Shown here in pieces: positions 45,782-53,609 of a stretch of 53,609 nucleotides of DNA. This stretch comes from Spirogloea muscicola (lineage: Eukaryota), in assembly GCA_009602725.1 (NCBI GenBank), contig WELB01000019.1, positions 551,481 through 605,089 of the forward strand, written 5' to 3'. Within the stretch, counting starts at the first letter, position 1, and every line of letters starts with the position of its first letter. Under the pieces are notes generated by a model. The model worked only from the letters and a program-made list of their open reading frames with translations, was not told where the DNA came from and did no database searches. Position numbers and translations under genes: made by a program.

Positions 45782-46573
45782 AGACAGTTTACTGCTCAGA
45801 TACCTGCTCAGCTTGCTTTGTAACATCCCTTAAGCTGTCCTCTGTAGTCAGTGCAAGTAAGCGAGACACATGACATTCTTTCATCCTTGAACTATCTTCT
45901 CATGTCCAGCACGCTTGTCCAGCACGCTAACTAAGAATAGAGACATTGTTGGGACCTGCACTCCTTACTTGCTTATATCAAATTTCCCAATAGTCCTGAT
46001 CAGCAGAACTCCTAGACCAGCGAGTGATGGGCTCTTATACACTCAGCATGCAAACCCTGTTTTGAATTTAATGAGGACAGCCCAAATGAATTGTCACGAG
46101 TGGCCTGGTGCATTGCCATCCTGTATTCATGCTGGATATTTTATCACCAGGGGAAGAGCAGAGAAAGATATCAAATACATGACTTAGTTGAGCCATAGTG
46201 CGTGCTGGACTGTCTCAATGGTTGCTTCATGCAGTTGTCCTGAATAAAGAAGGCAATGGCGACAAGATGCAGCTCCTCATTGTTTGCTGATTAATGAGCA
46301 TGTGCCCCCTGCGTCGGAAAAATTCTAACGAAGCGCATGGTTGCAAATGAAGCTCCCTGTAGGCTAAAGGACATGCTAGCCAGTGGCTGCAATTCCAGTC
46401 TTAAGAATGGAGGAGCCGGGTTGGCTGTAATGTGCAATCTGGACAATGCTACCACACTAAAGTGCCGCATGACAGGAGGGGCCGGAAAATGGCAGCTAGA
46501 CAGAGGTGGAGGAATGCACGGGCAGAACGCCACAATCGGACAGTGCTACATGGCACAATTGCAGCTGACTGCC

Positions 46574-49557
46574 TCAGCAGGCAGCGGCCGCGGCTGTGGG
46601 CAACTGCACTGCAGGCAACGGCGAGGCCAGGTGCGGCAGGGTGCGCTTCCAGGGCTGCGACAGCGTCTGGCCTGCAGGCGCCGCTGCCGGCCCTTGCCGC
46701 CCGTGGATGGCCGCTGTCATGACTCTGTATTGGTCCCTGACCTCCGCCCATGCAGCCTGGGCGATTGCCTCCTTGGCCTGCACAACAACCGGCCACAACA
46801 GGTATTGTGACCTCCAGTGACACTTCATAGAATACATCTCAGATACACATATATTGTTGACTGCTCTCCTTTATGTAATCGTCGCTCAGTCCTCCTCACC
46901 GCCTTCTTGTCGTCAGTGCTCCTGAGGATAGGCCAGTGGTCCAGCTCTGGTGCGACCGAGATCCCAACACCATGATACCCGATCAGCCTCTGCTCGCCGA
47001 GCTCCTTCTCCATCTGGTGCCATGGGTGCATCCAAGCATGTTCATGAGGACTGCCCTTTCTAGCTTTGCTGAAAGAAGAAGGGTCCCAGAGAAGGTTGCC
47101 ATACAGAGAGTGGGGAGAAGGAGCAAAGAGCAAGGTGACAGGGAGAGAATGAGAGAGTAAGGGGAGGGGAGGGTGGGGCAGAGTGAAAGGAGAGAGGCAG
47201 AGGAGGGTGGAGAAGGGTGAGGAAGGAGGTGGAGCAGCAACACAGAGATAGAGGGAGAGGTGAATGCATGAGGAAATAATAGAAACGCTCCAAGGTCTGA
47301 GAGATGGGGGTGGGGCTCACCTGTTGGGGCGGCGGCATGATGTCGTAGCATGTCATGGCGAGCGGGTAGAGGTGTCCGGGCGGGCCGGCGTCCACAACCA
47401 GGCGCCGCATGAGGTCGACTGTGCCGACGTCAAACTGGGCCTGGCCACAGGCCACCATCACACGGTGCTCAGCAGTGCGCTCACGAATACCGCTGCCTAC
47501 CGCCCGAGTGCCAACGAGCAATGGACAGGGACGTGATGCTGCTGCGCCTCACCGGCTGCCACGTGCCGGTTGCTGGGTCAGGTCGGTCGCGTCCGCCGCT
47601 GGGCGCGATCCACACGAGCAACCCACCCTCCCTACTCCCCGCACGGCGCCACACATGAGCCTTACCAACAAAGCGGCAGTGCAGCAGCCGATGGCGGCGG
47701 TGAAACTGGCGGCGTGCTTACTTGAAGAGGCTCGCCATGGCCTTGAGTGTGCGGCGGTTGGCGGCGGCCTTGGCATCCGCAAGCTCCGGCACGTCATGCA
47801 GCCGCTTCTTGGAGAAGACACAGAGCAGATTCCTGCCGCCAGCCGCCACAGTTTGTGCAAAGCTCTCAGCTTTCCAGCTATGCGGCCGTGGAGACAGCCA
47901 TAGCCTGCGGCCTCAGCGGTAGCTGCATGTCAGGCTGGAAGGTGCGGCAAGGGCGAATCACCGGCCCATGCTGAACGGCTTGCAGACGGGGTCGAGGACG
48001 ACGCGATCGCCGGCAACGTACGTCTGCAGCAGCAGCAGCCACTCCAGCGAGTCATCAGCCACTCAGCAACGTCAGTGGGGCCTCGGCGTGGCTATGGAGT
48101 CGAGGGCGCCGGTAGCCTGACCAGATTTTCGGCGAGCAGCGGGTGGGTGTGCTCGAGCATGAGCGCCATGACGGCAGGGTCAGCCTCTGTTTGGTGGTTC
48201 GCCAGCAGCACCACGTTGTGGCCCTGCAATCCCACAGCCTCTCGGCAGCCATCAGCAGCCGACGGACTGCGCATTTGGTGGTCGTGGTGATGGCCGCCGC
48301 AACCCTGGGTCCGGCTGCTAGAGCAGCAAGAGCAGTGTAGGCTGCCATACCTCAAGAATCTGCTGCTGGATGGTATTGAAGACCGCCTGATTGCCAAGGT
48401 AGGACGTGCTGCACGCCGCCACAGCCGTCGATACCACGGCGCAGCAACCTGAGGCCAAGGCCTCAAGTCGGCAGCGAGCGGAGCACAAAGATCTGGGAAG
48501 GGATTCTACACTGCTCTGCGATTCTAGGTGCATCAACGAGGGAGGTGAGGTAAGACGAGCTGAAGGGGAAAGGGGAGGAGGAGAGAGGGCGACGGTGTGG
48601 AGAGGGAGCCAGATGGGGGGGACATGTAGGAATGGGGTTTTGGAGTTGAGGACGAGGCGCACTCACTCGAAGTTGATCAGCGGGCGCACGTAGTTCTGGC
48701 CGAAGGCGTAGTAGTCGTACGGGTCCGTCATCCGCAGGTGGTGCGAGGGGAACGTGAACGGCTCCTCGAACTGCACCATGACGCGGTCGAAGACCGTGGC
48801 CATGACAGTTACCGCGACAGCGACCGGGTCAGCCGCGTTGCTGCGCTCCACCTGCGACACCAACAGGCGCAGCTCGGTGAGGCTTAGGCCAGTCGCACCG
48901 CTGGTCGAGTGCCAGCGAAGCTCGGGGCTGCTGGCGGAGGGACGGCTGCCATGGGCCTCACGGCGCTGCGGTAGTTGTAGTAGAATGCCTTCATGCCGGC
49001 ACCGGCGCGGGCCGGCAGGCGGCCAGCCTCCACCTCCCGCTCGATGCCCGCCAGCAGCTCTGCAAGGCACAGCAGCCGGTGCAGGGCGAGCGTCCGGCAG
49101 ATGGGCACACTCTCTCAGTCGCCACCGAGCACCTGAGCAGCAGCTACAGGGACTTGACGTCGTCGCTCTGAGCGGCAGCAAGCTGAGGAGGGAGAGAGGA
49201 GGGGGGGCGGAGGGCGGGGAAGCCCACTGGCTTTCGGCCGTACCTTTCTCAGAGCTGACGCCGACGAAGGTGTCGGTGTATGCGGCGCCCGCTCGTGCCG
49301 CGAGCCGCCGCCTCCTCTCGCTGGGCCGCCGCCGGCAGGCCGCTCGGGCGGCAATGGCGGCGGGCCTCGGCAGCGACGAGGAAGCGGCTGCGGACAATGT
49401 CGGCTGAGTCCGGCGACCCCGGGGGGCCCTGCCCACAACCTCTGCCGCTAGGCAGCTGCCGCCGCCGCCCGCGGCCGAGAAGCTGAGACTGCAGTCCGCA
49501 GGCCGCGACGCCGGCGGCCTTGTGACGGCGGCCGCGCCTCGCCACCCGGCCGCCGCC
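46574..49557 (-). CDS. ATS1: Plastid glycerol-3-phosphate acyltransferase, multi-exon; start in or beyond the N gap
   Basis: [19 protein letters not shown]...[34 protein letters not shown] (HX4D), [77 protein letters not shown]. Confidence 0.95.
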
Positions 49558-50757
49558 NNNNNNNNNNNNNNNNNNNNNNNNNNNNNNNNNNNNNNNNNNN
49601 NNNNNNNNNNNNNNNNNNNNNNNNNNNNNNNNNNNNNNNNNNNNNNNNNNNNNNNNNNNNNNNNNNNNNNNNNNNNNNNNNNNNNNNNNNNNNNNNNNNN
49701 NNNNNNNNNNNNNNNNNNNNNNNNNNNNNNNNNNNNNNNNNNNNNNNNNNNNNNNNNNNNNNNNNNNNNNNNNNNNNNNNNNNNNNNNNNNNNNNNNNNN
49801 NNNNNNNNNNNNNNNNNNNNNNNNNNNNNNNNNNNNNNNNNNNNNNNNNNNNNNNNNNNNNNNNNNNNNNNNNNNNNNNNNNNNNNNNNNNNNNNNNNNN
49901 NNNNNNNNNNNNNNNNNNNNNNNNNNNNNNNNNNNNNNNNNNNNNNNNNNNNNNNNNNNNNNNNNNNNNNNNNNNNNNNNNNNNNNNNNNNNNNNNNNNN
50001 NNNNNNNNNNNNNNNNNNNNNNNNNNNNNNNNNNNNNNNNNNNNNNNNNNNNNNNNNNNNNNNNNNNNNNNNNNNNNNNNNNNNNNNNNNNNNNNNNNNN
50101 NNNNNNNNNNNNNNNNNNNNNNNNNNNNNNNNNNNNNNNNNNNNNNNNNNNNNNNNNNNNNNNNNNNNNNNNNNNNNNNNNNNNNNNNNNNNNNNNNNNN
50201 NNNNNNNNNNNNNNNNNNNNNNNNNNNNNNNNNNNNNNNNNNNNNNNNNNNNNNNNNNNNNNNNNNNNNNNNNNNNNNNNNNNNNNNNNNNNNNNNNNNN
50301 NNNNNNNNNNNNNNNNNNNNNNNNNNNNNNNNNNNNNNNNNNNNNNNNNNNNNNNNNNNNNNNNNNNNNNNNNNNNNNNNNNNNNNNNNNNNNNNNNNNN
50401 NNNNNNNNNNNNNNNNNNNNNNNNNNNNNNNNNNNNNNNNNNNNNNNNNNNNNNNNNNNNNNNNNNNNNNNNNNNNNNNNNNNNNNNNNNNNNNNNNNNN
50501 NACAGAGGCGCCGGAGACGGCCGCAGCGGCGGCGGCGGCAGCGGCGGCGGAGGCTCCGCCGCTGCCACCCGGGGCCTGCGCGGGCTGCGGCAGGCCCGAC
50601 GTCCTGGTGCGCGGGCCTTCAACCTCGTGTCGCCGACGTTGCTGACTGCGACTGCCATGCTGGCCCAGGCCGGCGCCCTGGCTAGGGACGGAAGGGGGGG
50701 CCGTGGCGGAAAGAGGAAGGAGGCTTCTCTAGAAGTGCAGGGGTCCAGGGCTCAAAT

Positions 50758-50942
50758 CTGCAGAAGCTCGAGTCCAGCTCAGGCTTCAGGTGTAGGGCTC
50801 AGATGCAGGACCTGCTTCAGTAGTCAAGGAGCGAGCTGTGAGGTGCCCTGCTGCAGAAGCTCAAGTTCAGCTTAAGCTTCAGTGCAGGGCCCAACTGCAG
50901 GAACTGCAGTCGGGAGTCAAGAGCGAGCTGTGAGGTGCCCTG
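50758..50942. repeat. Two-copy ~93-bp degenerate tandem repeat
   Basis: Units start ctgcagaagctc at 50758 and 50851, and both end agcgagctgtgaggtgccctg. Confidence 0.8.
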
Positions 50943-51994
50943 CTGCTGCTGACAGCCCGCGCGGCGCTGTCTTTGCCGGCATGCGCAGGGCGGCTGCGAC
51001 GGACAAGGCCGCATCGCGAGCGGCCTCGGCGCGCTCGCTGGTCTCGGCTGGTGGCCCATCAAGGTCCGCCGACCCAACCTTTCTCCAGCCCTGCACTCAA
51101 GTCCGTCCCTGACGGCCTGCACTGTCAGCGCCGCCTTTAGAGGCAGCAGCTGCACAAGACGCGCGAACGTGATGACTTTGGGGTCTGAGTCCGCGCAGTC
51201 GGCCAGACATGCTGCCAGCGCTGCCAGAACGTGTCAGTCAGTGTGACTGAGAGCATCACTCTGGGTAGTTGGCCAGTCTGCGGATAGCTTGGCAATGTCT
51301 CCTGCTGAGGCACGCCCGCCACTTGGCAGGCCTACCGGCCCTGCCCGGCATTTGTGCAGGCTGGTGGGAAGTATCGGCGCGCTGGTCAGAGTCTGGACGA
51401 GGTCGCCTTCGGCCGCGCCGCCAAGGGTGACAACAAGGACATCAGCGAGCGGCTGAGAGGCGAGTGACTCCTGCAGGCAGCCTTGGGGTCAGGCTGACGC
51501 CACAGCATTGCCAGGCCATGTCTGTAGGCGAAGTGGCCTCTCTACCGCGGTCTGGCTGGCTGTGGCCTGACACCAACTGCACATTGACTGCCACCTCAAG
51601 GAGCCAAGCAATGGCTAGGATGCTGGTGTCGGCAGCCTTTGGGGCCGACTCTGTCAGGGGTTTCAGTAACAGCGTATTGCCGTCAGCCTCAGTCGCTTCT
51701 TGATCCTGGGAACCTCGTCCTTCAAAATTTTGCGTTCCAACTCCTTGTCGTGGTACTGAGGCCTCGTGGCGTCAACACACCTGCATACGTGATTCAGATT
51801 TGCAAAACAATGTCATAGCGTCAGCGCGGGGAGGTTGGCATCCTTGCTGTCAGGCTGCACAACAGGCGACTCAAGGATGAGTACGTATTATCCAGTAACA
51901 GTGGGAGCTAGGCGCAGGTGTTGATGGCGATGGCACTTACAATTGCGTGCGCAGCAGGATGCATGCCCACAGTACGTGCCCGCAAATTGTTACT

Positions 51995-53609
51995 TCACAT
52001 AAGCTTCTCAAGGCCGCATACCAGCGACTGCAAGGCAGGCAGGCATGCAGGACTCTCATTCGTCCAAATAAGTGCCCTTTGGCAACAACCTCAATATGAA
52101 GTGTGCATTTGAGACAACCAACCAGCGCGGTTGTATGTAACCTTGAGTCGAACAACACGGCGGATGGCGAGGAGGAGGCCCGGCATGTACGCCCGGGCGT
52201 CGGTAATGTCCAGGCGCAGCGTCAGGCTCTGGCCAGGCGCGCCGAGCCGCACCTCCGTGCTGCGCTGCAGTCCAGGCTGCCGCAGGCTGTGCACGCGCAC
52301 GCCCTCCTCTAGCTCTGCGCCACATGCCTGTCAGCCGCGCCACCGCAAGAGGGCTAAGTGCCTCAATGGAGCTGCCAAAGAGTCAGGGCTTGGATTGTGA
52401 TGGGCTGGGCGATGATGCCGGCGGCTCACTGCGTGCCTAGCAGATGGCCCCGCACCGGAACTGCCATTGAAGCTCCGGCCGAGTCCGGCCAGAGCATCAG
52501 CAATCCAGACTGCTTCAGGAGACGGCACCTCAGCCTGCGACAGCGGCCCACCACTTGCTGAGCACTGCAAGCGGGCTGCGAGCTGAGGGCTGTTCAGCGA
52601 TCATGTGCTGCACAGACCTGGAGGTCTGATGTGCACTCTACGATCTCGACGTAGCCGTAGTGGAAGGCCGCGGCCACTGCCGCCTCGCGCAGAAGGGTTG
52701 CGCCAACGGACAGCATGGGTGCCACAACACAGCCCTGGCAGCTGCCGGCTGATGTTAGCGGCGACTCCCTGGGCAGGCGGCGATCTCGAGGCTGCCATAG
52801 TCTGCCAAGCCCAGCTGCTGTACCATGCTGGCCTTTTCACAGAAGGTGGTGAGATTGTTGAGGAGCTCGACGTCCATGGGTGGGCCAGCGACGACGCTGC
52901 GCAGCCCGAACGCCGTCGCCTGGAGGCCGGCACCCGCCACCGCATCCAACAATTTCAGGCTGCTGGTAGCGGGCCTCCGAGGTATCACTGGCGCAGCTGG
53001 CTCCTGCATGTGGGCGCCAGCTGACGCCCCCCGACCTCCAGAACAGAATCTTGCCAAGCGCAGCAGCAAACCTGCCGCACGTTCTCGTACGCCGCCGCCG
53101 GCGGGGAGATGTCGACCAGAACGCCAGCCGCCCCCCGTGACTACGGCAAGGAGTGGCCGCCGCGATCCTTATATCAGCATCGGCTCAACATCGTAAAGCG
53201 CTCAAACTGCCTAACAACATCACCGACTGCATGTGTGGGACCGCAACTTTGGGGCCTGAGTTGAGTTGACGACCCAAGTCCATGAGTCAGGTCTCAGGAG
53301 TAGAGTTGCAATTGAAACCTCCTTCTGTAGGTTAAGACTAAATGAACGGAAAACAGGTCCAAGTGCCGGCTGCGTAGTGGGGGGCTGCCCACCTGGGCGA
53401 CGGCACTGAGCACAAGCACGAGGTCGTCGAGCACGGGGAGCTCCAGCGGCTCCTCCAGGCCCGCCACCTGGCGGCCCCCACCCCACTCAGCCTCTCCTCC
53501 ATCACGTGCCGCTGCCTCCGCCGCCGCTGCCGCCGCCAGCCAGCCCCAGCTTGCGCTGCCTGCGGACCTCGCCCGCGCCGCGCCCGGCAGCCGCGGCGTC
53601 CACGGCGCC
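51995..53609 (-). CDS. CRR1: DapB-like NDH assembly factor CHLORORESPIRATORY REDUCTION 1, 5' end beyond the window
   Basis: GAVDAAAAGRGAGE|...ATAFGLRSVV...FCEKASM|GCVVAPMLSVGATLL...FHYGYVEIVE|VPSPEAVWIA...|GVRVHSLRQPGL...MPGLLLAIRRVVRLK|SLVCGLEKLM*. Confidence 0.88.

Noticed and set aside
49249..50685. Long ORFs spanning N runs (also 16220-17402)
   Set aside because: Artefacts of translating assembly gaps

Overview
Intron-rich nuclear DNA of a green plant, most likely a streptophyte alga. This is inferred from GC-rich 5' exons, short GT-AG introns and the PKL, PYD2 and CRR1 genes. Eleven host genes were found in order: TMEM230-like, a two-domain Dabb (stress-responsive A/B barrel) protein, PICKLE/CHD3, PsaD, a 299-aa Gln/Ala-rich LEA-like protein, an unknown secreted protein, dihydropyrimidinase PYD2, a frameshifted RNase T2, plastid RPE, plastid GPAT ATS1 and CRR1 (partial). 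Between the genes lie four islands (1-350, ~21.5-27.8 kb, ~32.4-34.2 kb, ~36.7-42.5 kb) made largely of stacked 3' ends of RLE-type (CRE-like) non-LTR retrotransposons. One copy is near-intact (39145-42461; ZnF-RT-CCHC-PD..D/ExK). The copies share an ORF C-terminus (S-D/N-L-x-x-L-T/S-R-G-Y*) but carry three unrelated structured 3' UTRs, end in TC/TTC-rich tails instead of poly(A), and sit in or next to each other. Also notable is a dense ABRE/G-box + RY + CE3-like promoter between PsaD and the LEA-like gene. Two assembly gaps (16869-17017, 49558-50500) hide gene starts. Exon boundaries were read by eye and are approximate.
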